Of a stretch of DNA of 64,000 nucleotides, positions 38,672 to 48,017 are shown in pieces (position 1 is the first letter of the stretch; every line of letters starts with the position of its first letter). This DNA comes from Candidatus Thorarchaeota archaeon. Lineage in GTDB: Archaea; Asgardarchaeota; Thorarchaeia; Thorarchaeales; Thorarchaeaceae. The translations under genes and the position numbers were made by a program. The stretch lies in contig JAFGAR010000151.1 of assembly GCA_016933575.1 (NCBI GenBank), forward strand, positions 32,001 to 96,000, read 5' to 3'. The notes beneath the pieces are model-generated. The model ran no database searches. It was not told the DNA's origin and was given only the letters and a program-made list of their open reading frames with translations.

Positions 38672-39058
38672 GTGTTGTTTGGTGTTTCACAGATGGTGAG
38701 TTATCGAAGAGTGGCGATTGCCACGTTGACAGGTGCGTTGCTTGGTGTCCTATGCATCATCGGAGTTGGCGCACGCATTCCTGGTGGTTATTCTGCAAAT
38801 ATGATATATCTGATAGCAGTCTGGTACAATCGTGTGATAATGGGACTGATGATTGGACTTGCAGGTGATGTATCAATCATCAAGAGTACCAGTGAGAAGA
38901 ATTATCCAAACTCGATTGCAAGAGGCTTGCTCTTTGGACTGATAATAACTTCAGCAACGTTTTTGCTCTCTGATACTATTTTCGATTTAATGGGCTGGTT
39001 TGCAGGACTTTTGTACGGTCCTATCATTGATGCAGTGGCAACACTCACGGAGAAATAG
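38672..39058 (+). CDS. Small 4-TM membrane protein
   Basis: GALLGVLCIIGVG, WYNRVIMGLMIG, GLLYGPIID. Confidence 0.75.
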   Translation: MLFGVSQMVSYRRVAIATLTGALLGVLCIIGVGARIPGGYSANMIYLIAVWYNRVIMGLMIGLAGDVSIIKSTSEKNYPNSIARGLLFGLIITSATFLLSDTIFDLMGWFAGLLYGPIIDAVATLTEK

Positions 39059-39503
39059 AAGTCTCTGGAAGAATGTTCTCATCAAAGGGAATTATTTGGA
39101 GCTGCGTTAATAGATTAGTAGCTATTTCCATGAATCTTGATTCATTGTATGATACTACATCATTCTCTAGGGCTTCATCTAGAACGTGCTCAATGTAATC
39201 GAAATCTTCTGGTGTGATTGTCCCATCAAGGACATTAGAACGTTTTAGAATATTGAACAGTACAGAGTCATTCGAAAGATCTTCGCCATACTGTATCCTA
39301 AGCTTATCATCACTTGAATCAGAGATTACATACCTCAACATGGCAGACGCTATTGCATCGTACATAGCAGCGATTGCATCTCTTCGTTGCCCTCTTGATA
39401 ACCTCTGCTTGCTTGCTCTGACATGAAGTCTTGCTCGCATTAACAGCTCTTCTTCGCCTTCAAGAGACTCGTCTATTACTCCAGTATGTGGTACTACTAT
39501 CAC
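39045..39503 (-). CDS. Hypothetical helical protein
   Basis: 152-aa acidic ORF filling the gap. Confidence 0.65.
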   Translation of the reverse strand: MIVVPHTGVIDESLEGEEELLMRARLHVRASKQRLSRGQRRDAIAAMYDAIASAMLRYVISDSSDDKLRIQYGEDLSNDSVLFNILKRSNVLDGTITPEDFDYIEHVLDEALENDVVSYNESRFMEIATNLLTQLQIIPFDENILPETSISP

Positions 39504-39735
39504 CGTATATAATTAACAATAGTTATCTAATAGCATTTTCTAAAGGGCAAAAAACAAACCGAAAAACCCGAAGTATCACACATTATCAATTTGGATCTTT
39601 TAAGGTCCTATTGAATATCAGATGAAATCAGTCTCAGTAGGCTATTGCGTACTTGTTTCTGTTTTCATTTATTCAAAGACTTGGAATCGAACCACACTAG
39701 TTCCTCTACTACTTGGTGTTCATGAGGACTAGAAG

Positions 39736-40491
39736 ATGAAGTATCATCTTGGTTTTCAGACTGCTGACAAATATACGCGAGAAACATGTGGGACTGGTGT
39801 TATCGCATTAGACACTCTACTTCAAGGTGGTTATGAACAGGGTCTCGTGCATTTATTCTATGGAGCGCCGTCATTCCAAGAAGATCTTCTTAGAGCTGCA
39901 GTATGGGCACAGGTTTCGAAGTCAAGAGGTGGGCTAGAGAGTCCCGTCATCATGATTGATAGCTCCAACATGATAGATACCACTCGTCTCACTGAATACG
40001 CCTTTGAATACGAATTGGAGATTGAGAGTGTTATGGATCATATTTTCATATCACGCGCATTCAACTCCTCCCAGACATATGATCTACTCACCAATCACCT
40101 TGAGGAGTTCCTCGAACGTATTCCAGCAAGGATGCTCCTTGTTCCAGGCCTGCCTGACCTCTTTGTTAACGAGGGATTAGATTCGACAAAGACCCAACAG
40201 TTGACTCACTTAGCATCACTTCTCATGGCAATAACTATGCGTTATAATCTAGTCACATTAGTATCTACAAAGGCAATTAATACGAGAGAGCAATTTCCAG
40301 CTGTCGGAAGAAGTCTAGCTAGTAATGCCCAAATTCACATTCTTATTGAACAGACACCAATGCGTGTCCTATACACACTTACTAAACATCCATCTTTACC
40401 AATAATCACAAATTATCGAACCAAGCATGAAGCTCGTTTCGGAGTGACTCTTCCACTGGATTATTTCTTCGATGAGGATCTATCTACTTGA
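39736..40491 (+). CDS. RadA/Rad51-like paralog with a degenerate Walker A
   Basis: TGVIALDTLLQGG, MIDSSN, IFISRAFNSSQ; no GKT/S after LFYG. Confidence 0.75.
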   Translation: MKYHLGFQTADKYTRETCGTGVIALDTLLQGGYEQGLVHLFYGAPSFQEDLLRAAVWAQVSKSRGGLESPVIMIDSSNMIDTTRLTEYAFEYELEIESVMDHIFISRAFNSSQTYDLLTNHLEEFLERIPARMLLVPGLPDLFVNEGLDSTKTQQLTHLASLLMAITMRYNLVTLVSTKAINTREQFPAVGRSLASNAQIHILIEQTPMRVLYTLTKHPSLPIITNYRTKHEARFGVTLPLDYFFDEDLST

Positions 40492-42160
40492 GCGATTTGC
40501 CGCACTCTGGACAGAATTTCGATGTTGGAGTAATTTCAGCCTTGCACTCAGGACATCGACCTACAAGTGTCGTATAGAGTGGTTCCAGGTTCTCACGGAC
40601 GCCTTCCTTTAACAGCTGCCGTGTCCATAATTCTCCAATCCCCTTTGTGAAGGATTTGACTGTTTCTGGATCTTTGAGGACGTTACCATTATCACATGCA
40701 TCTCTAAATGAGATCTTGAAAGATGGGCTATCTTTCATCTGTTTATCTACTAGTTTCTTCAGGTAACTTTCTAGAGTTGAATCAAGAGGCTGGTGCTTCA
40801 ATGGAAGTCCAAATCTGTCCTCTGGGAGTAGAACAGGAGAAAATACTACTGGTGCTCCAGTATTGTATGTTGCAACCCATGTTTTGATGTGTACGAGGGT
40901 AAGAGGTGCGAGTCCGGGGATCGAATCATTCTCTAGGGTCATTCTCTGGACAGATTGGAGTTCGTGCTTTAGGTCTTCAGCTCGTTTTTCAACAAGACTG
41001 TCCATTCTCTCAATTGCATCATTGACCTGCTTCTTGAGAGCATTGAATTCTTTCTCTTTTGCATCGCGTTCATCTTTCATATCAGCAAGTTGTTGATTGA
41101 TCTCCCTTGTTTGCTCAATTACTGAACTCTCTTCTTCCTTCATAGCTTGTTCTAGCTTCTCATCATGGTCTCCAGCACTGAGTGCTGCAGCATCCGCTAG
41201 GTCATCAATGGAATCAGTGACCTCTCTATATGTAGAAACTGTGTCATCAAGGTCTTGAACAAGGGCTCTATATTTTTGAATAGCATCCTCCAATTCAAGC
41301 TCAGAAATACTGGCTCTAGTAGTCTTGATGTCTTCCAGAATTCGATTGAAGAAACGTTCAATCTCTACAGTGTCCCGGGCAAATTGGGCGATTAATGCTC
41401 TCCGATCTTTCTGATGTTTATCTTTCAATCGATAGACCTTATCTGACATCCTGCTTTGAATCTTCTCGATTCTTAGATTTGAGGATTCTTCCTGTGTTTT
41501 GAGACGTTTATCCCATCTTGCCATCTCAGAGCTAATGACATTCTCCATGACCTTCAATTGGTCTGTCAATTTTTCTTTCGTGATCTTATGCAGTTCTTCC
41601 ATGGTTCCAAAACGTTGTTTTGCTTCTTCCATGATGCTCTGGAATTCAGAACTGATTGACAGAGCAGCTTGAGAGTCTATTTTCAATTCAAGAGTGTTCA
41701 ATTTCTCATTAGGATCAATTTCCACATATTGATTTCCATGAGCGACAAAGAGTGCAGGTTCCTGAATATTCCGAATATTGTAGACTTTTGGCTCAACTGT
41801 TTTGAGGAGTGGAAGTGCCTTATCAACTCCTGGCGGAATGTCTTCGAATCTAGCAATTTCCGTGCTCAGAATTCGACGGACTGGTCCTGTTGCAGTATCT
41901 TCACTAAGTTCGATACCGATTGCTGATTCTCCAATGGCCGACAAGACAATTGAGTTAGTGTCAGATACTTGAACAATCCAAAAGGGTATAGTGACTGGTG
42001 TCAGAAACTTAAGCTTGGCTTTACCCTTCCTATTAGACTCTGCAAGAATGAAAGCCATTGCCAATGGCACGTCTTCTTTATCAGGAACTACCTTAGTCTT
42101 CGTTGTTCGAAATAAGAAATCAAGTGCTATCTGTCTGACCATGGAAAGAATTCCTCGCAA
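40484..42160 (-). CDS. Long coiled-coil protein with a C-terminal double zinc ribbon
   Basis: Central heptad-rich E/K/Q/L stretch; CPEC...FCPECG. Confidence 0.75.
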   Translation of the reverse strand: MRGILSMVRQIALDFLFRTTKTKVVPDKEDVPLAMAFILAESNRKGKAKLKFLTPVTIPFWIVQVSDTNSIVLSAIGESAIGIELSEDTATGPVRRILSTEIARFEDIPPGVDKALPLLKTVEPKVYNIRNIQEPALFVAHGNQYVEIDPNEKLNTLELKIDSQAALSISSEFQSIMEEAKQRFGTMEELHKITKEKLTDQLKVMENVISSEMARWDKRLKTQEESSNLRIEKIQSRMSDKVYRLKDKHQKDRRALIAQFARDTVEIERFFNRILEDIKTTRASISELELEDAIQKYRALVQDLDDTVSTYREVTDSIDDLADAAALSAGDHDEKLEQAMKEEESSVIEQTREINQQLADMKDERDAKEKEFNALKKQVNDAIERMDSLVEKRAEDLKHELQSVQRMTLENDSIPGLAPLTLVHIKTWVATYNTGAPVVFSPVLLPEDRFGLPLKHQPLDSTLESYLKKLVDKQMKDSPSFKISFRDACDNGNVLKDPETVKSFTKGIGELWTRQLLKEGVRENLEPLYTTLVGRCPECKAEITPTSKFCPECGKSLK

Positions 42161-42274
42161 TTCCCGTGCAATTCGGGTTAATTATGTTTACTTGGTTGTC
42201 CTATGTAGTGTGCATAGAATTTCGAAAAGAAATATATCCCCCAATTTTGTGCGAATGCAACAATCTCATAGGAC

Positions 42275-42472
42275 TTGATAAGTATGGGAAGTTACAAAGA
42301 CAAACTTAGCAGAGCTGGTGTTCCATCTGGAGAGATCTCAATAATTGTACACAATCTTGAGAAGCTCGAAGGTGCTGGATTCCGTGGAAATATTGATGAC
42401 ATCATAACCAAACTAGGTCGTGATAGCTCATTTAGGGCAAAGTTCTCACGTGATTACCGAATTGCTATGTAA
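42275..42472 (+). CDS. Small hypothetical protein (probable start ATG 42284)
   Basis: AAATATAT upstream, hairpin downstream, protein-like composition. Confidence 0.6.
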   Translation: MISMGSYKDKLSRAGVPSGEISIIVHNLEKLEGAGFRGNIDDIITKLGRDSSFRAKFSRDYRIAM

Positions 42473-42495
42473 AAACAACATGGATACAACAAGCA

Positions 42496-42544
42496 GGAGG
42501 CACTCTTTCTTCCCTTGTGGTAGTGCTTCCATCTTTTCTTTCTT
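42496..42544. terminator. Hairpin between convergent genes
   Basis: GGAGGCACT...AGTGCTTCC followed by a T-rich run. Confidence 0.4.
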
Positions 42545-42547
42545 GAA

Positions 42548-43402
42548 TTAGAACCAATCAAGATTGTCTTCTACCTTGTCAAAGCTATCATCGATAGATT
42601 CCTCGTCAGCAAACTTTAGTGGAGCAATAATTTCTGGATCGAAACCTAACGAAATATCAAGAGCGACCTTCAAATAGTATGATACATGAATTAGCTCTCC
42701 TCGAAAAGGAAGGTGATGCATCCATTGCTCTCCAATTGAGAGTTCTTTCCATCTCTCTAAATCATTGTCGGAAAATGGGCAGTATTTCCCCACGATTATT
42801 GACTTGTGATTCAAATCATGCCAATCGCACTTGCATTTTTCTTGTTGGACAATCTCAAAACTTACTCCTTTCACACGACTTCTATCTGATACCTTGAATC
42901 TCACATCCAGTCCACTTTGCATTCCAAGAAAGTCATCATCTATTTCAACTTGAAGAGCTCCACATGTCTTCTTAAAATGTCTAGAATCGAGATTGTGTTT
43001 GATAATTGGGGGCCGTTCCTGAATGACACGGAATTCTTTCTTGCATTTTGGGTCAATTGTCCAGTTCATCTCTACTACAGCTTCCGTTGTATATTCAATT
43101 GTACCGTTGTAGCCTTGATACGAGGGCGGGATTCCTCTTGGTATCTGAACACTAAATGGAAATTCGGTGACACCGATACCAATGATACCTCTCTCTCCAA
43201 TTTTGAAAACTCGACTTATGTGGTACCTTTCATCCGTACTTTTCGTATCACCTGAACTATATTCTGTATGTTCTCTCCCCTTAACTTTCAATACAACTTT
43301 GTTACACTCTAGCAGATTATCAGTCTTGACATAGACTTTGCCAATGAGGGTTTCACCTGGGAGTACACGCTTATTCTCATATACTATCTGAACTTCTCTC
43401 AC
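42548..43402 (-). CDS. Arrestin-fold/SpoOM-like protein
   Basis: PGETLIGKV, LKVKGREHT, FPFSVQIPRGIPPSYQGYNGTIEY; second beta-sandwich with GELIHVSYYLKV. Confidence 0.8.
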   Translation of the reverse strand: MREVQIVYENKRVLPGETLIGKVYVKTDNLLECNKVVLKVKGREHTEYSSGDTKSTDERYHISRVFKIGERGIIGIGVTEFPFSVQIPRGIPPSYQGYNGTIEYTTEAVVEMNWTIDPKCKKEFRVIQERPPIIKHNLDSRHFKKTCGALQVEIDDDFLGMQSGLDVRFKVSDRSRVKGVSFEIVQQEKCKCDWHDLNHKSIIVGKYCPFSDNDLERWKELSIGEQWMHHLPFRGELIHVSYYLKVALDISLGFDPEIIAPLKFADEESIDDSFDKVEDNLDWF

Positions 43403-43488
43403 TCTTTTCCTTCCACGTGTAAAGCTACCCCTGATGCTAAATTAGGTTTTTGCAGGTTCGATTATCCTGCTTGCTGAGGATATTCCAG

Positions 43489-44337
43489 TTAATCCTGATA
43501 CTTGCTAAGAAGAATGACTCCAACAATTCCAAAGCTGAGTCCTATCGCATAGAATAGGATGTTTGTGATGATTTGTCCAAAGATCATTATACCTCCAAGA
43601 ACAACAGCAAACATGCTGATAGTTCCTGTAATTGCATTGAACCTCGAAGCAGGATTACGTTGTAGACCTATTGATACGGTGTAGATTGCTGCGATAGCTG
43701 TGAAGATGCCCATTAAAATGAGCGGCAAGAGTGCGCTAATGAAACCCTGAATGATATCCGCGCCTCCGAATAGCTCCAAGGTGAACCATTGAGTGAACTG
43801 AGAGGCTAGTGCCTGGAAGAATGATGTGATGGGAGCCCAAAGGATGGCAATCTTACTCGTTCCTCCAGCCATGACCCCAATTCCAACTAGCATGGTTGCA
43901 GAGTAAAGCAGGATTCCCGTGTACTCTGTGAACATCATGGGCTCAGTCACGCCTCCAAATGCAATGAAGACTGGAGTCATAATCATCAGGATGATACCCA
44001 CTGCAGCTGGAGTATCTAGTTTCTCACCAAGACGACGATTTGAGAAGAATACAAGAGCAATCAATCCTACATTCATGAGGGGTTGAATCACTACAATACC
44101 AGCGAGTTGTGTAGCAAGCATATAGGTCAATCCACCAACCAGTGCCATGGCAAACCCTGCGACCCAGCGTGGTTTTGAGAAGAGCTTTCTTGTTTGCTTC
44201 AGTGGGTTTTTTGCATCAATTTCTTCAATCTCTGCTAATGCTTCCTTCTGGATGATTGGAGCGATGTTCCAGAGAAGAGATGTTATTAGCGCAAGGATGA
44301 TACCAAGCACATCATTAGTAAGACCTAGAATCTGCAT
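43489..44337 (-). CDS. DMT-superfamily (EamA/NIPA-like) transporter
   Basis: About 9 TMs; IQKEA...PRWVAG, VVIQPL, RLGEKL. Confidence 0.8.
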   Translation of the reverse strand: MQILGLTNDVLGIILALITSLLWNIAPIIQKEALAEIEEIDAKNPLKQTRKLFSKPRWVAGFAMALVGGLTYMLATQLAGIVVIQPLMNVGLIALVFFSNRRLGEKLDTPAAVGIILMIMTPVFIAFGGVTEPMMFTEYTGILLYSATMLVGIGVMAGGTSKIAILWAPITSFFQALASQFTQWFTLELFGGADIIQGFISALLPLILMGIFTAIAAIYTVSIGLQRNPASRFNAITGTISMFAVVLGGIMIFGQIITNILFYAIGLSFGIVGVILLSKYQD

Positions 44338-44552
44338 CGTGAATCACTTGCGTTCATTGCAGGTCCCTAATAAGGAATATCATGGGTCTCCTTCTAGTGT
44401 TTTCTATGAAGAAGATCTAAGGGAAGGATCGTAGCTATTCGTGAGCTTAAGGACAGCGAGCTGCTTGAAGTGGAGGTGATTGTTGAGTACTAATGTAATC
44501 TACAAAAAGAATAAGCTATGTGAGAAAGGGTAAAACTACCTTTCTATGACAC

Positions 44553-45248
44553 CTAAAGCAGAGCTTGGTTTACTGGTTCAGTTCTACCGGAAACAAAGAG
44601 AGTTGGAATTTTTTCTATTCTTGTGATTCCAAGTCCTCCAAGGAATGGTTCTCGATCATCAAAGGTCAAAGGTCGATTAAAGAAGATACGTTTGGCAGCC
44701 ATGAGTGAGAGATCGTGAGTTATATGAACGTGTAATTGTGGTTCATCCAAAGAGAGAAAGCGTTTCAATGTGTCATCTATCAATCTCGTCTTGAATTCAG
44801 TGAATGGTTCGATACCTTCGAATTCTCCATCTGCCCATCTATTGATGAACTCAGTCACATTTTCACCATTTGGTTGTAAGTTTTTCCATACATCTTGTTC
44901 CGTATATTCAGGCCTCACGAGGGTTGGAAGAGGGTCCATGTCAATGATCTCTCCCCCCTGTTCCGAGAATCCTTGAGCTATGGCTTCTGCAGTTTCGTAG
45001 CATCTTGGAACGATGCTGAAAAATATATGTGCTCTTTTCGAGGTTGGCAGTCTCTTTCCGATCTCAAACGAGAGTGTCTTTCCAAGATCCGTCAATCCTC
45101 CCCCAAGCATATCTTTCTGGCTCTTCAAGATGTCTCTATGTGAGTGTCTGATTAGTATCATGATTGGCTGTTTTGAATCCTGTATTGAGACCCAATCTAG
45201 AAGATTCCTTGCATTGATTGTCCAGTCCTCTCTCTCTAACTCGTTCAT
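44553..45248 (-). CDS. Histidine phosphatase family protein
   Basis: ILIRHS, LTDLG, PRCYETA, ITHD. Confidence 0.85.
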   Translation of the reverse strand: MNELEREDWTINARNLLDWVSIQDSKQPIMILIRHSHRDILKSQKDMLGGGLTDLGKTLSFEIGKRLPTSKRAHIFFSIVPRCYETAEAIAQGFSEQGGEIIDMDPLPTLVRPEYTEQDVWKNLQPNGENVTEFINRWADGEFEGIEPFTEFKTRLIDDTLKRFLSLDEPQLHVHITHDLSLMAAKRIFFNRPLTFDDREPFLGGLGITRIEKIPTLFVSGRTEPVNQALL

Positions 45249-45385
45249 CGATTCTATTCGAAATACTATCCATCATATAGGTTTCCCTAATTTTGCTTCC
45301 ACCAGTTCTTGGAAAACCTATTATTCGTTCACGAGAACCCTCGAATAGGAATTCATTGGTGGATTCAAATTCGTTTCATTAGGGC

Positions 45386-47686
45386 GTGTATGAAGCTATG
45401 GTTCGTGGAACAACAGAGCAGATAATGAATCGCATTGAAAGTCATATTATCAACCTTCGAATGGTTGCAATTGATGAGACTGATTTTGTCTATGAACAAG
45501 CACTAACCACTGTTTTCAAAGAAAACTATAATGCTAAACAAGACTTCAAACAACTTGAAACACGAATCAGTAAAGGAGCTGAAGAACTAAGAGAACGCCT
45601 CTTTCAACTTGATGACGAGCGATCATACCAGAGTCGTTCTGCCTGGTTACGAATCCGTCGAATGCGTCGGAAACAGATGTTAGCAGCTGGCGAATTGACT
45701 ATTGAAAAAGCATCAACCATTGACATTCCTGCCAATATTAAGCACACAATAAAGAGCGGTTCCAAGTCTGGCATATTATCAATTCTTGAATCTCTGCCAC
45801 TTGGCGAGTCATTACCAACAGTGAAATCAATTCATTCTGAAGATGCAAGACTTGGTGAGGTAGAAGATTCTACAGCCTTATCCAATGTCCCTACTACTGA
45901 GATACTCGAAACCTCAGTTTCAAAGGATGTATTTGTTTTTGCTAGTTTAGACATGGTTGGCAATCGATTCATCTATCGACTTACTATCAAGAGCTGTCTT
46001 GAATCGGTAGTCACGGATATCACATCAACAATTGTAGCATATCCCAAAGATTGCCTCCACATATCTTCAGACTATGTAAAAGTCCAACCCCGGCTCGAAG
46101 TGGGCGGTTTCGTTACAGAATCTTTTGTCTTTACACCAACGAAAGACTGTGTCGAAGGAAATATCGTTGCAGTTGTATCTTATATTGACCACGAAGATGA
46201 AGTCCACACAGTCCATGTGAGTCCATATGTCATACGGTCAGTATGCGATCTCCTACAACCCTACGAGTCTTCGCTTGATGAATATCAGGATGTATTTCGT
46301 GGTCTGGTGGGTGGTGGGGATAAGATCAATCTCCGTTGGAATGCATCCGTTGTTTTGGACAAGGCCAAGACTGTCTTACCTCTAATGAATTTCTACCTGC
46401 TTGATGTTCAGAGAGATATTACTGGTGAACAAATTTATGGACAGATTCGGGGATTTGCGCTTGGCAAATACACAGAGAAGAGGGTTGCTGTACTAATCAA
46501 GGTCACGGGCAAAGTTGATGCTGACGAATCAATCGCTGAAGTAGAAATCTCTGGTGATGATGATGCTATGTTTCCAACCACTATTGGAGAGATAGCTGAC
46601 AAGATTGATGCGTGGATCTGTTTCCAATGCGGCGCACGACTCAATCCCGACCAAGTAATGGAAATAGAGGCTGGAGGTGTGTTGAAATGTCGCTATTGCT
46701 CACATACTCTTACTCTTGATCTCTATTGTCGAAGTGATGCGAAACCTCGTCCTCGTTCAATCTCAGGGTCTTCTGTAATGGGTTTTGAAGGCGCAACAAC
46801 AGAAATTCCAGATACTGCTCCAACTTCTACAAGTACACACACAAGAATGACCTTTGAGAGTGCTACAGTGATACGTGGAATCTCAGTAATGCGAGGATGT
46901 GAACTTGTAGGTGGAAAGTTTGAGTATAAAGTGAAGGTCAAGAATGAGAGTCTTTCTGTCATTACTAACGTGGCTGTGACAATAGTTGCCTACCCACGCG
47001 ATTGTCTTACACTTTTAGGTCCTGCTGCTAAAGTACTATCCCGAATTGAGATTAATGGATTCCGTTCACCGGGATTTACATTTATTCCGACTAAGGACTG
47101 TGTGAGAGGGTGTATTGTTGCTGCTGTAACATTCATTGATTACCAGGACAGGACCCATACAATTCATGCGAAACCCTACACTATCCGTTCAGTCTGTGAC
47201 CTACTTAGACCTGTGAAATCAACTCCAGAGCAGTTTGACCTATCACTGCAAACGTTTGATGGTTCGAGTGAGGAATATGAATTGGACTGGAATCCTGCAG
47301 TTCTCTTCCGTCGTGCTGAGCATTACTTACCGTCACGCAATTTCTATACAATTGATACGCGTGTAGAAACAAATGATGGTATCTTCAAAGGAACAATTCG
47401 TGGATACGCTGAAGGCAAGTACACACAGAGCAAAGTCGCTGTTGAGATCTCTATTGAGGGAAATGAGAATGAGAATCACTCATTTGTTAGAGTGGCATCT
47501 TTTGGAACTGACAGAGCTATGTTACCAATTACGCTTGAGGATTTGAAGAAAGGAATAGGATCTTGGGTGTGTCTCAGTTGTGGTGCTGCATTAACCCCTG
47601 AACAAGTCGAACGAATTAAGAAGAATGAAGTTGTGCAGTGCAGATACTGTGGGAATTCACTCAGCCTAAAGTTATATCGTAAGTAA
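45386..47686 (+). CDS. Protein with two tandem [beta-sandwich + platform + zinc ribbon] modules, adaptin/COP appendage-like
   Basis: Internal duplication (IVAYPKDCL/IVAYPRDCL, PTKDCV x2, IRSVCDLL x2, GKYT x2, CxxCGA...CRYC x2). Confidence 0.7.
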   Translation: MYEAMVRGTTEQIMNRIESHIINLRMVAIDETDFVYEQALTTVFKENYNAKQDFKQLETRISKGAEELRERLFQLDDERSYQSRSAWLRIRRMRRKQMLAAGELTIEKASTIDIPANIKHTIKSGSKSGILSILESLPLGESLPTVKSIHSEDARLGEVEDSTALSNVPTTEILETSVSKDVFVFASLDMVGNRFIYRLTIKSCLESVVTDITSTIVAYPKDCLHISSDYVKVQPRLEVGGFVTESFVFTPTKDCVEGNIVAVVSYIDHEDEVHTVHVSPYVIRSVCDLLQPYESSLDEYQDVFRGLVGGGDKINLRWNASVVLDKAKTVLPLMNFYLLDVQRDITGEQIYGQIRGFALGKYTEKRVAVLIKVTGKVDADESIAEVEISGDDDAMFPTTIGEIADKIDAWICFQCGARLNPDQVMEIEAGGVLKCRYCSHTLTLDLYCRSDAKPRPRSISGSSVMGFEGATTEIPDTAPTSTSTHTRMTFESATVIRGISVMRGCELVGGKFEYKVKVKNESLSVITNVAVTIVAYPRDCLTLLGPAAKVLSRIEINGFRSPGFTFIPTKDCVRGCIVAAVTFIDYQDRTHTIHAKPYTIRSVCDLLRPVKSTPEQFDLSLQTFDGSSEEYELDWNPAVLFRRAEHYLPSRNFYTIDTRVETNDGIFKGTIRGYAEGKYTQSKVAVEISIEGNENENHSFVRVASFGTDRAMLPITLEDLKKGIGSWVCLSCGAALTPEQVERIKKNEVVQCRYCGNSLSLKLYRK

Positions 47687-47699
47687 CTAAGCAAAGACT

Positions 47700-47930
47700 C
47701 TACTTGCTATTTCCTAAATAGTTGCGAAACTGAACTGAATATCCTTCATCATCGATATTGATCTTTGCTTCTAATTTGAAAGCTTCACAGAAGCGCATCG
47801 CCTGAGTAACATCTTCATACTTGTCGGTCTTATCTAAAAGAGTGGCCCACTCGTTCTTCATATGACCTATTGCATTATCCACTGCTTGAATCTTTCTTCT
47901 ACAATATCCATCAGGACAATCGAAAGTCAC
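47700..47930 (-). CDS. Small hypothetical protein
   Basis: 76-aa ORF filling the gap, GTG start. Confidence 0.5.
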   Translation of the reverse strand: MTFDCPDGYCRRKIQAVDNAIGHMKNEWATLLDKTDKYEDVTQAMRFCEAFKLEAKINIDDEGYSVQFRNYLGNSK

Positions 47931-48017
47931 TTGTCTTCGCGCTCCAATGCAATTGAATCTCCCGGCAGATTCGTGCGCGCGATTTTCGATTCCAATATAG
48001 TGGTTTCGGTTTGTAAC

